A stretch of 63,176 bases of DNA, the filler included, from Choristocarpus tenellus KU-1152 (taxonomy: Eukaryota; Protista; Phaeophyceae): NCBI GenBank assembly GCA_964200185.2. It is 6 parts of 6 records of this genome, joined end to end, with 100 filler letters (N's around TTAATTAATTAA, not from the genome) between each part and the next. Parts side by side here need not be neighbours in the genome. Positions count along the whole stretch, not along the records: positions 1 to 21,467 come from CAXNAD020000340.1; positions 21,568 to 33,525 come from CAXNAD020002050.1; 4 more parts are not named here. The stretch is one strand, 5' to 3'. A program made the translations under genes and the position numbers. Below are positions 12,101-23,809 of the stretch, one piece after another (positions within the stretch are counted from its first letter, which is position 1; every line of letters begins with the position of its first letter). The notes under the pieces are model-generated. The model did no database searches, was not told the DNA's origin, and worked only from the letters and a program-made list of their open reading frames with translations.

Positions 12101-14867
12101 ATGGAACGTTAGTGCCATTTATCCTTAGTGCGTTAGAGCTGCTCTACAGCATACGACAGAGTAATGTAAGCATAAGCAGTGGTGATTGCTGCGGAAAAAT
12201 GCATCCAATCATCTCAAAGTGGCAAACAAAGCCATCCCATTCGTGCAAGTGTTAACTTTTCGCACATTTCCCCTACCCCCCACACTGTTGGCATCATCCT
12301 CATTAGTGAAAATCTTTCTAATTGGTAGTCTCCGTAAAATGGTAACATTGAAGATAGAGCCAATAGGGAAAAATTGATCTTTATCCCAATACACCCAACC
12401 ACCAGGATTAGGTGTAAAGGGGAAAAAGGTAGTGAAATGCTCTCCTCCAAATTCTTCAACTTCTCACCGATGACCTTGCCATCAAGATCAATCAGCGGCC
12501 CGCCAGAGTTGCCTGAGTTCACCGCAGCATCAGTCTGTATGTAGTCACCAGACTCGGTCAGACCTGTAGGGTCACACAGGTCCCGTGGAGATAGGTCTCT
12601 TTACCGCTTGTTTCTACTGTTGGCCTGCATATTCCAAAAACAAAAATCCGGGGAGCAAAATTCCACACAAGCCACTGCAAAATACAATCAGCACAGGTTT
12701 TGAGCCCCCTGGGCACACTTGCATAATGCATCCCCATGCAACAGGCATGTAGGAATTAGACAAGGGTTTACACTGAACACTGAACTAGACTTGGTGTATA
12801 TTGGTGTATAGAAGTACATCAAGTAATGTATACACACACATACCCTACCTTATGGAATAGCAAGGTACACTATCCCATGACCAAAACCCAGTTAGCCTCA
12901 GCGTGAACATAAACCTCAGGGAGGACAAAGATTGCCAACGATGGCACTTTGCAATCACTTGTCAATCGCCAGTACGTGCAGTATGCCCCTGTCTGGTATA
13001 ACCTTCAACTGTCTCTTCGGGGGACAACACAATATTGAGCCTTTGTGCAATGGTAGTGGTAGTAGCAAAGACACTACGAAATGTCATCGCATAGCCAAGG
13101 AAGCAGGCTCCCCCAACCTCACAAAGGAAGGCTTGCCTGCACCTGAACCACTCTGCAACTCTGAGAAAGGCAGGCAATCCGTCGATTATTGTAACAACCT
13201 TATATTGAAAACCACAACATATTACCCAAACAGTTCTCTCAAACATTTGACATAATGTGAAATCAGTTCAGTCAAAATATTGAAAACCCAACTCAAATCT
13301 TTCTTATCTCCATTCACCATCTGTGAGTGCCTGCAGCCAAAATTGCAAAATGAGACCAAGATGTGGAAGAAAAGGCAATAAGGGACTTACCCAGCTCACT
13401 CCTCTGTCGGGCTGTAGCGCTGACTATCCCTGCAGTGCAGGTGTTGGACAGGCCCCGAGGGCTGCCCAGAGCTACCACCCATTCCCCTGCCCTGAGGTCT
13501 CCTGATCTCCCTATCGCTGCTACTGGGAGGTGTTGTCCATCCTGCACATCTACCTTCACCAGGGCTAAATCTGATCTCTCATCCATTGCTCGGACTCTCC
13601 CCTGAACAAAAAGTTGGGTGAATGAAAGAGGGGAGATTCTTCTCAGCAATCTATCAGGTGCAGTGATAAAAGTTCGTAAGTCTAAACTACAACAAAGTGA
13701 TCCGTGTGTATTCATCCTGACTGTTCTATTTTAACGATCGCCTTGCCCCTTTCTTTCACCTTTCAAGTTCCAACCTTCAACCTACTGGTCTTAAATCCCG
13801 AAAACTCCTTTCATTATTGTCTAACAACGCCGTACCTGATAACGGTTCCCGTTAGTAAGTGTAACCACTACCGGGCCGTCCGTATGCGCGGAAACGACGT
13901 GGGCATTGGTCACCACCAATCCGTCGTTGGATATGATGAAACCAGAACCAGAGGAAAGCACGACACTTGAGTCCCCTAAGGGCTGACCTAAGCCGGGGGT
14001 GGGCATGGAGGTGCGTTGACGATATTGATTGAGGGGGACACTACGCCATTTCATATCACAGCTCTCATCAAAGTTCTGTCTCTACCGAGAGCGCCTGCAA
14101 CATTACTAGGTAGGGCATTGTAATGGTAGTACAGCACATAATGGGACACTATGCAATATTTTCGCATCCAGCACGCGCCAACCCCATCTACAACTACCAG
14201 TACCAAATATCACGAATGCATTGATAGTTCAACCCTATAATTTCAGGACGCACCATTGGCAATAGCGGTAAGGGAATCGCTTCCGAGACCCACCCGTCGT
14301 CATACCACACAGTACATTCACCACCCATGGAGAAGCACTTGCCACTGCATCTGAGAACGAATGGCGGTGTAGCGGGGTGTGCGTCTGGAGGACAGGTTGG
14401 CAAAGGCAAGAATCGTGATAGAACGACAGGAGGAGTGGGTGCATCGTCCCCTGTGAAAGTGGCTAGGGAAGTGCTATTTCGAGGCGTTCAATCGTTTACA
14501 TTTCACGGCTCCAATCACAGATCCAATTTAAGCAAAATTGTCCCTTTCATAATGGAAATTCCTCTAGTCGATCTGGGAACTTGTCGCTCAAGCCTAGACT
14601 CACATGTTCTCCTTCCGCCACTACCACAGCAGAAGAAAGAGCAACGCACATTGCCATTCCACGCCAGATCAGATCTACATTAGTATCCCCGCTTGATGAA
14701 CTAGTGCACCATGGGTGACAAGCCCGACCAACGTTCACAGAACGCACAAATGGTGAGATAGGTTGCAGGCTCAGTCTTTGTCCGCAGAATTCAGTACTCC
14801 TTTTCCCCGAAGACAACTTTGTGGATAATGGCACAAGCCGGCGAGCTAAGATCTGCCCGACGTTCAT
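9170..14867 (-). CDS. HTRA2: HtrA2/DegP-family serine protease with C-terminal PDZ domain, about 8 exons
   Basis: Spliced exons give [15 protein letters not shown] (His), SDLALVKV (Asp), [38 protein letters not shown] (Ser), [14 protein letters not shown] and [30 protein letters not shown]. The basic/hydroxylated N-terminus resembles a mitochondrial presequence. Confidence 0.9.
11024..11080. repeat. 14-bp tandem repeat (AGGTTCTTGATCAA) x4, intronic
   Basis: Directly visible. Confidence 0.9.
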
Positions 14868-15047
14868 GCCTCTCTCTTGAACCTCTACTATCTATAGGAT
14901 ATCAATGTCAGGTTTTGAACTCATATCAACATAAAATATCAAATAATGGTGATACAATCAATCTTCACATGTATGCAAGTCGGATTTCTTTACCAACTCC
15001 AAAACTCTGTCCCAAATACCAAGAGGAGGAAACACGGTAAGAGAAGT

Positions 15048-16475
15048 ATGAGCGACCATGATGATGAGGAAGAAGGATACTCGGATTGGGCAGAGGTACC
15101 CAAGAACCTCAAAGGTCTACGAGCCTGCAAGCGTTGCTCCCTTGTCAAGTCGAACGACCAGGCGAGCCTACAGATATATCAACTACAGTGTTTTAGGTCC
15201 ATAGACTACGTGAAGGGATACTTTCAACATGTGTGAAAAATTAGTGACCTAGCCGTCCGTTCCTGTATATTCTCATCGTTTTAGAGAAGCTTTGTGAATG
15301 TACATCTCTTGGGACGGGAGACAGCACACTCGAGTAAAACATCCTTGTCGGTGTTGTGTGTTGCTGCGTTACGATATTGTGCAACTTCTGTCCTTAGTAC
15401 AATCTCTACTCTCAGCAGAGGAAGCACTTGAGACCAACAAGAGGAGAAGGTAAAATAAAGCTCAGGAAAAAATTCTTCGACTTCGACCCTCGAGAGGCAA
15501 TGGATCCTTCACTCACACTATTCAGATTTTTACAACTTTTTTTCCCTCTATACTTCAAGCAGTTTGTCAACACCGGATGTGAGAACTGTGACTTCCTGGA
15601 GATGGAGAGCGACCAGACTCGTGTTCAGGAGTGCACCACCACTTACTTCTCTGGGTGAGCCTCTTGCTACCTCTCTAAGACGAGCTTTTCGTAGTTTCGC
15701 TATAATACCCACTCACAATTCTTTAGGACAACTCGATTGTATTTTAACTCGGTATTTATTATGCAACATTTCGGATTTGAAACCCATCAGGTTTGCAGTT
15801 TTATCGAGGACGATACTTCTCATTTATCCTATGGGTACAACTGTAAATCCAGTTAAATATAGCATGGACTCTTCCCCTGGTACTCGGCATATTGTATATA
15901 CATACATGCTTGCCTCGTCCCTTGAGATCTGTTTCTGTTCCCCTTTCTGCTAACTAATGTTGACTTACAGCGAAGAATATCTTACGAGTTCGAAATGCGG
16001 CCATCTACTGATTATTCCCTCACTCATACTGGATTCTTGTGGGCAGGTTGATGTCCATGATCGAGCCAGATTCCAGCTGGGTCGCCAAGTGGCAACGAAT
16101 CAGTAAGTCGTGTATTAGTGTACTATTGCATAAAGAGTATGTTTCACTTCTTGAAGATAAGGTCAACATTGAAAGGCACTTCGACTTTTCAATTTTTTGC
16201 AAGTTTGTGTCAACTGTCACATTCAGCGCCAAGAAGTCATGTAGAAGCAGGTTGCCAATTTCTTTTACCACCAGAAATATCCCTTCGTTGGTTTCACAAT
16301 GGCAATGCCAACTGTTCTTCACTTCCTGTCACTGCTTACACACTCAAAACGTTTGTGTGTGAAAGATGGCTGTCGTCCAGGCATGTATGCCATTGAGGTT
16401 ATAGGAGAGCTACCACGAGACGCATTAGAGCTAATGGAGGAGAAGGGGATTCCTTATCAGTGCAAATCTGCATGA
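15048..16475 (+). CDS. SPT4: Transcription elongation factor SPT4 (exons 15048-15161, 15563-15654, 16047-16102, 16366-16475)
   Basis: Spliced product: LRACKRCSLVKSNDQ|FVNTGCENC..VQECTTTYFSG|LMSMIEPDSSWVAKWQRI|NGCRPGMYAIEVIGELP..., the typical Spt4 zinc ribbon. Intron 1 needs a GC donor. Confidence 0.95.
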
Positions 16476-17015
16476 CATTGTTCGCATGCTAACATCATGG
16501 GACAGATAAGCCAGAGCTGAAAACACAGCACAACTGCATGAACAGTTGACAAGCGTATAGTCTGGGCACCCACCCCATGCTTATCTGTATAGCCAAGTGA
16601 CTAGTGTGGCAGTAGGGGGTCCTTTATGGGTTAGCAACCCTTTCAAAAGTCACGAAATTTGTTAGGAAGGAAGGACTAGCAAATGGTAGAATCATAAATG
16701 TAAACATAAAGCTTGCCTTATCAGGTTAATGTATATTTTTACTTCAATTAGAGTGCCACATCGTCTTCAACTGTAAAGTTGAAGTTACTGTTCCCCCACC
16801 ATTGTTCCATCCCACTCGCAAGTTTTGCCATGAACATCATGCTCAATAGAGAGAACAGAAGTTCCCAACCGCCATCAATATTGATAGACATTTATGTTGC
16901 ATCTACACACATCGCATTTATTTGATACGTAGTACAGATGAGCAGTATCCCAGACCTTTCATGCCAATGAATCAGAAACAAAAATAGTGAGTCTAAACAA
17001 AACATCATGAAAGCA

Positions 17016-20000
17016 TTAATTCTCACAACCCCCGCCACCCATCAGCCTTCCAGCAGCATACCACTGCCGTAGAACTTCATATAGTACCACAGTGCATGCT
17101 GAGGCAACATTGAGAGAGTTCTTCAAACCATAAACAGGCACTTCTACCACCCTATCACACAAAGAGAGAACCCTTTCATCCACCCCAGTCACTTCATTCC
17201 CCAGCACAAGGGCCACACCGCCCCCCTTCTCTCCACTGTCAAAAGCCCTTGCATCACTACCAGTGGAAACTGCCTCAGTCTCCACACTTCGAGTCTCAGC
17301 TATCATACCCCCTTTATCATTGGTAAGGTGAGACAACGCACCAATAGGTGCTGGAAGGGGGAATTGCACATCAAAGAGGCTCACAGCACCCTCGGTGGTC
17401 TCAAGAGCCCAAACCTGCCGTCCCTCAGCTCTCAGAGCCAACACTGCCTCTGCTGGATCCTGGAAGTGCCTGTGGCGAACTGCATCGATGCTCCCAAAAC
17501 CTGTCTTGCGTACCTTGTCTTCCCCATGTCCACCTGGGTGAGGAGTAAGCCCACAGGTGATGACCTCTGCAGCACGAGCAGTATCAGCAGATCTGTGTCA
17601 AGGGGAGTACACACGCAAGTGACCAGTAGAGGGTTAGGGATGCAAATATGAGCAGGACAAATTCAAGTTGGACACTCAATTACAAAAATGGGTTGGAGCA
17701 AGGGTACAGGTGATAATGTAGGGCGTCTGCGTGGGATAACAAATGCTACCTCTTCCTAATAGTGAGAGTGGTTTCTTGGTGAAACACTACCACCAAGAAA
17801 AACATAAACTCTCAAGGGGATTCAGACCACTCTGAGTCAGTATAGTCTTGTCCATGCCAAGCACAGTTGTCCTCCAAAAATCAAGAGGACTCAGATCCAG
17901 CTGTTTCTTCACACAATTAACAGTCCCAAAAGCCAAAAAAGAGACAAACTTCAGAACCCAACAGATCAATTTGACCAAAGCAATTCCAAGTATCACACAA
18001 TTCTTGCAGTTTACGATCACTTTTTTGTTGCTTCCCTGCCTGCCCTGTCACATGTCACTCCATCACAACACTCCCCTTAATAATTGTGCATTTCCCATTC
18101 TCATTCAATTTTTATCACCCCAAACGACTAGTGGTGAGCAAATTCATGCACACTAGGGCATGTTTGAGGGTAGTGTACAATGGCCAGGTACACAAAAATA
18201 GCTTGTGTTTTGTAAAACAGGATTTCACAAACTAATCCACAATGCTATGAAGCGATCTCGTGTACTTAATAAGAGTACCCTCATCTTGCTAAACAGAAAT
18301 GAATACATGATACATATTTAATAAATACAAAGATCCTCAACTGGAGTGTTACATACTGTTGTGGTTTGCTAGATGTGAGTGGACTTTCCCTGTTGCGGTC
18401 TTTTAAAACCAAACTACTAAATGCAGATACACCAACAAGGCTAGAGTACACAACTGGGATCTCAAACAAAAACTGAAATTATGAATGTAATATGTGCATA
18501 GATACCCCAGAGGATGGACAGCTTGCCCCATAAGGGTGGAATTTTCAAGCAAGTTGGGTTACTGAAGTAGTTATTCAGTAGTCATTCCCCAAGCAAAAAA
18601 GTCAGAAAATTGAAGATGTAAGCCATGCAGTACCTATCGAAGGGTATAGAACAAGAACACATAGATACGAAGACATGAATTTCCTACTATGTGCCTGTCA
18701 CAAAAACGCAAAATAAGTTCAAACTGTGCTTTGGCGTATTAAAATGATGCAGTGTAGGCATGGTCTCACATAGTTCAAAGTATCATCCAAGCACATCATT
18801 TACAGGTCATCAAATAAGAAGAGATAGGATTGCAGTCTACACGTGAATCAACTATGGTGTGGTGCTGAGAGAGCTGTATGTCCCTTCAAAGTTTCATCTG
18901 CACAAGGTTTTCCATATTTGCTACAACTTTGCATTTATTGTGTTGCCTCACTGACCTGAAGATTGACCCTATATTGTAAGCCGATCTTGGAGGTAGGAAT
19001 TGAGAGCAGCAGCACAAACGGCACAGCAATAGGATATATGCAGCAGGTCAAGTCAGGCGAATCCAATGAAAGACATCGAATTATTTTCAGTGTAGCATTA
19101 CCATGCTGCAGTGCACAGCAGTCATCCTGACAGAGAGAGTGAAAGGTCACTGTCTGACAAATTGTTTTTAACAAAAGTATACCGCAGAACAGAGAAAAGG
19201 CTTGGAAAGGGTCCTAGAGGCCACTCCATCCACCAATTCATAACACAATTAAAACCACCCCTCTGCACCATCTGCATCGCAATCTAAACATGAGCAACAG
19301 GTCAACTCACTGTGTAAGAGAGCAGTAAATTTACCTCAATCAGCTCAATCTTTGCACAGAACATGAAACATGAGGTTTCATACACTTGAACCTTGAGAAG
19401 AGTGGTGCACTCACCTAACATTATCACATACCAGGACAACTGGGTGCGGCTTTAGACCCCTTCGCTGCACCTCACTCAACGCAGCATCTTTGTTCCTGAG
19501 GTATTCCGCACGGTCAGCCCGATGACGTCGCACCAGGAATGCCACTGAGTGTGCAGTGCGCTCAGCTGCCCTGCCCACCGGCTCTTGCATCACCTTCAAG
19601 GATTACAGAGAGAAAGTTTCACACACTAAACATTTTGGAGAAGTGGACTAATTTAGACAAGCGCAAGGCATAAGGAATCGCAGATATACTTAGTAAACAA
19701 CAAGGCTAGTTTCATGGCAACCCTGCTAACAAACCAATGGAGTCCCAACCGAGCCCCTGTTCTCTTGTTACATAACAAGAAACTAGCCCACGTATGAAGT
19801 ACTTTTGGAGAGAAGGCGAGAAAAACTGGCAAATAGGGGATCAGCTACCTTGGCCAGTTGTTTTGGCCTTGGTCGCACAAACGTGTTGTAGGACTTCAGT
19901 GCTGCTGTCCCGAAGAACTCATCTGCCTCGGTCAGCTCACGCACATCCACACCCATATCTCCCAGTGCCTGAATGTTTTGAGGGGAGCGGTCGGTAGTGA

Positions 20001-20941
20001 ATCTGAATCATCTCTTTCAGGCGGTGGTTGAACCAGAGGCTCAACAGCCTGTGAATCCTGCCCTGCAACCTCCACAGGATCTGAAAGGGAGTTGGTAAAC
20101 TTGTTTGTCACCATTGGGCTTCATGTAGGCACCTTGTCTAGAGCCTCCTGGCGCATGGCAGAAAACTCGTTAAGGGGGCGAAGCTCTCCTACGACGTGGC
20201 CCCCCGCTGGACCGAGACTTTGCCCATCATTAGTGAGAGTGGTAGTGTCGTCTTTGTGAATGAAATTCACACGGTCTGAGGAAGAGGCGGAGGAGTCCCC
20301 ACCACCAGTGATGTGATCAGACCCTGACCAGGTGAAAAAGAAGTCGAATCTGTGAGAACCCCTTCTGTGGACGTTGAGTCCTTTCAGCTCAGCATTCTCC
20401 CCGTCCAGTGACAGCCATATGTCCTGTTCAGAACCCAGCACGACCTGGCCTGCTCGCAGCGAAAGCACCACGCTGGTAGAGATCCCACCCTCACCACTTG
20501 GAGCAGATCCTAACGACAACGACGACGATCCGTTCACAATCTGAAGCACGCCAACACCACAACCGACCCCGGCCAACAAGGGACCAAGGCCATTTGTGAC
20601 AGCCTTGGTCGCTACTCGATGCGTATCGACTGGGCCTTGTGGTGGTGGCAGGCAGATTGAAAATCTTGCTTGGGTCCATTCCATATCTGTGAAAGGCAAT
20701 ATTTGGTCCGCTGCAGAGCGAATATTTTCCCATTGTGTACGTTGGCCCCCTCTGATCGGTCTCCATTGCCATGCAGCGATCTATGTGGGTCATGGCGTAC
20801 AGAGGAAAGAAATGAGTGACGGATCACATTCAGATTGGGAACATACGATTGGTGGGAACCTATTCTCACCTCCAACGCAACACTCAGCACGACAAGGATC
20901 GTGACAATCAGAGCGCACCTAGAGCGGAGATGATTGGCCAT
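17016..20941 (-). CDS. SpoU/TrmH-family RNA 2'-O-methyltransferase with long N-terminal extension
   Basis: Exons give VVLVCDNVR|SAYNIGSIFR|SADTA, ALVLGNEVTGV and VPVYGLKNSLNVASA (SPOUT motifs 1-3). The 5' exon structure and start codon are tentative. Confidence 0.88.
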
Positions 20942-21467
20942 ATCAACGCAGCATCACAGACCTCAACCTCGGTATGCAGGTCGTGATTTAACAGTGCGTC
21001 AGTCCAACGTCTGTGCTTCCACTGTTTGGCGGCGCAAGGATGTCCCTCTACATGAAGTGAACTTCACACATCAAAAGAAGTCCAAACAAAAAAAACGGAA
21101 ATGGAAAAAGAAGTAACAAGGGATACTATATACTTTGTGGCGTATATGTAGTATATAATACGTATAAAAATATCCAACACATTTTCAAAACCTTGATGAT
21201 GTGTAGTACTTTCTACAAAATACTCTAACTTACCAATTTTCACAATGCACAAACTATAAAAAATGAGGCCCAACACCTCCCAAAAAACGAATATCTGCAA
21301 CAAGTAACCATCAACCAACAGGTTCCTTCTGAAGAGTTTTGACCAAAATTGAATTTTTCAGAAGCATTTTCCTTTCTACTACAAATATGTACTTCTGTGA
21401 CGGACAGGTCCCTTCGGGAGCTGATCTTAGTCCAAATACACATCCGCGCGAACACACAAAGGTATTG

Positions 21468-21567
21468 NNNNNNNNNNNNNNNNNNNNNNNNNNNNNNNNN
21501 NNNNNNNNNNNTTAATTAATTAANNNNNNNNNNNNNNNNNNNNNNNNNNNNNNNNNNNNNNNNNNNN
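21468..21567. other. Artificial contig linker
   Basis: N44-TTAATTAATTAA-N44 (stops in all six frames). Confidence 0.98.
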
Positions 21568-21651
21568 AAAAAAAGGTTTCTTTTCCTTTTTTTGTTCCAA
21601 GGGGACCCTCTGGTGTAGCCCCCCCCCCCCCCCCCCCAGATACTTTGGGTC
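21568..21651. mobile_element. MITE family B end fragment abutting the copia pol
   Basis: ACCCTCTGGTGTAG-poly(C)-CAGATACTTTGGGTC matches the right end of the 27013-27205 copy. Confidence 0.65.
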
Positions 21652-22922
21652 TACCCCATGATATCTCAAGGACTTTGGACAAGAGTGAGAGAATCATTAA
21701 AGTGTTGATGAAAATACACCGTACAGAGACAGTTTGTAGTTTGATGAGGGCATCTGTTATGGCTAGGCTTGACATTGCAAATACAGTTTGTGAAATTGCC
21801 AAGTATAGTAGCAATCCCAAAGTCACACATTGGCGTGCAGTGAAATGTATTTTAGCATATTTGAATACGTCTCCCAGATTGAGTTTTGGTGGGTTTGATA
21901 CTGAGTGTGAGTTGAGTGCGTATGTTGATGCTAGTTATGCTGGAGACTGGAATGGTCGTAGATCCGTGACTGGAGAAGCAATAATGTTTGCAGGAGCAAT
22001 ATCTTGGATGTCAAAGGTACAAAGAGCTGTAGCTCTGTCTTCAACGGAGAGTGAATACATAGCTCTTAGCAGTGTGGCAAAGGAATTACTTTTCTTGAGA
22101 AGCGTTCTTGAGTTTATTCAGTCACAGTTTCCTAGGCGTTGCATTGACATGTTGGAGGACAACGATGGCGCATGCAAACTAGTACGAAATGCCACAAGCT
22201 TTACTAGAACCAAGCACATTGATGTCCGACATCATTTTCTGAGGGATTTTTCGAGAAAAGGAGAGGTTCGTGTTGTTTTTGTTGGTACTGCATATCAGAG
22301 GGCAGATGTGCTGACTAAGAATTTTCCAATTCGAGTTTTTAGACAGTGTGTGAAGGTTTTGATAAACATGCAAGGTAACATGTGTGTTGTATTTTTTGTT
22401 TGTTATGCAATTGTATGTGAGTTAACATTTGTTTTCAGCAAGGGGAGGATGTCGAATAACCCAGTGTTATCCTTACGTTATCTGTGCTGATACAAAGTAC
22501 GAACGTGCATAAGAAGATAATAAATCAACATTCATTCAAATGTAGGTGATAATGGATGACTGGCGGGCAATGAATGATTCAGTGTATGTTTTACCATGAA
22601 ACTCAACTACTAGCTTTCGGCGACAAGCCTCATATACGCCAAGTTATTCAACAGAGTGGAGACGAAGACGATAACACGACTAGCCATGTTTGTATGTATT
22701 CTGCGGTTCTCTTGTTACGTTTTTAGTAGCACCAGCCTCCTTAGGCCGATGAGTGTGCAGCTATGCTTCTACGTTACGGCTAACGAAGATGCTTGCTCCA
22801 GAAAGTAGGGACGAACTCCAAGCACCTCTCACTCTATTGGTCAGGCTTGTCACTACTGCTGGAAAGAACAGCCACCGTCTCTCACACTAATATCTAAACA
22901 TTATAAACCCCCCGTCACAACA
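21652..22922 (+). mobile_element. Ty1/copia LTR retrotransposon 3' part: RT C-terminus/RNase H, PPT, 3' LTR
   Basis: ORF 21645-22490 has LSAYVDASYA..RRSVTG, ISWMSKVQ..VALSSTESEYIA, EDNDGA, RTKHIDVRHHFLR, QRADVLTK. Polypurine tract AAGGGGAGGA at 22440-22449 is followed by TGTCG; the likely LTR end is CAACA at 22922. Confidence 0.9.
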
Positions 22923-23203
22923 CCTTACACTTTTGAAGACTCTGCCACGGCGAAATCTTAGTGCTTTGTAGTATCCCAAAGAATACACTAGTTGCCAGCT
23001 CTACTGCAGCTAGCAAGACAGATGTGGTATGGACCGTAAAGAAGCACGCGTCTATCACTACTGATGCCACAACCCAAGGTTAAGGCATCACACCAGAGTT
23101 CAACGTGGCAGCACTGATGACATCAAATCAAATGTTAAATAGGTTCTAACAACTTGTTGGTTCTCTCAAGTAAGTGTGCAAAACCTTTCATCTGTTCGGA
23201 CAA

Positions 23204-23809
23204 CTAAGGGTTTGGTGATCTCAGTTGTTGTTCTTTTATAATCGCCCATTCCATGCTGTCCCTCACCTCCTCGCCGTCTCCCCTGACCTTATCCCACGTC
23301 TCGCATAAGAATTTATGCTGGTCAGAACGGTACTCGCTGTACTCCTGGAGTCCATTTTCAACATAAAAGCCCTCCCGATAGTACCTGGCCACGTCCAGAG
23401 GTTCCACGAGCTGACGATACTCGTCACCCCACCTCAGCCACTGACCTCTTTCAAAGAAGTTCTTTGATAGGGCCCCTTGTCGATACATTTGAATGGTGAT
23501 CTTCCAAAACTTCCCGAGCTTGCTCCTCGCCACCTCGATCTCCCTGCGTCTGTTGTGGCGAAAGTCATAGTAGTAGGCCTTCGGGTCTCCGTTATTCTCG
23601 ATCTGATGGGACAACTGGTACTCCTGGATCTCTACCACACACTGGGAACCACCAATGTTCTCGAAAGCCTCCCACCGATGCACCGATCGGTCAATGAGCC
23701 TGGCCTCGGCGTCGTCAACCTTGGCCTTTTGTGCCTGCCACAGTGCCAAAATAGAAACAACAAGGCCAACAGTGCCAAACGCTAATGCGATTGCTATCTC
23801 TATTTCCAT
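23204..23809 (-). CDS. Intronless 201-aa protein: N-terminal transmembrane helix plus EDS1/PAD4/SAG101 EP-domain-like region
   Basis: ATG-initiated uninterrupted ORF with hydrophobic aa 5-24. Collinear motifs: EIQEY, AYYYDFR, RSKLGKFW, WLRWGDEYRQLVEPLDVARYY, DSMEWA. Confidence 0.75.
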   Translation of the reverse strand: MEIEIAIALAFGTVGLVVSILALWQAQKAKVDDAEARLIDRSVHRWEAFENIGGSQCVVEIQEYQLSHQIENNGDPKAYYYDFRHNRRREIEVARSKLGKFWKITIQMYRQGALSKNFFERGQWLRWGDEYRQLVEPLDVARYYREGFYVENGLQEYSEYRSDQHKFLCETWDKVRGDGEEVRDSMEWAIIKEQQLRSPNP

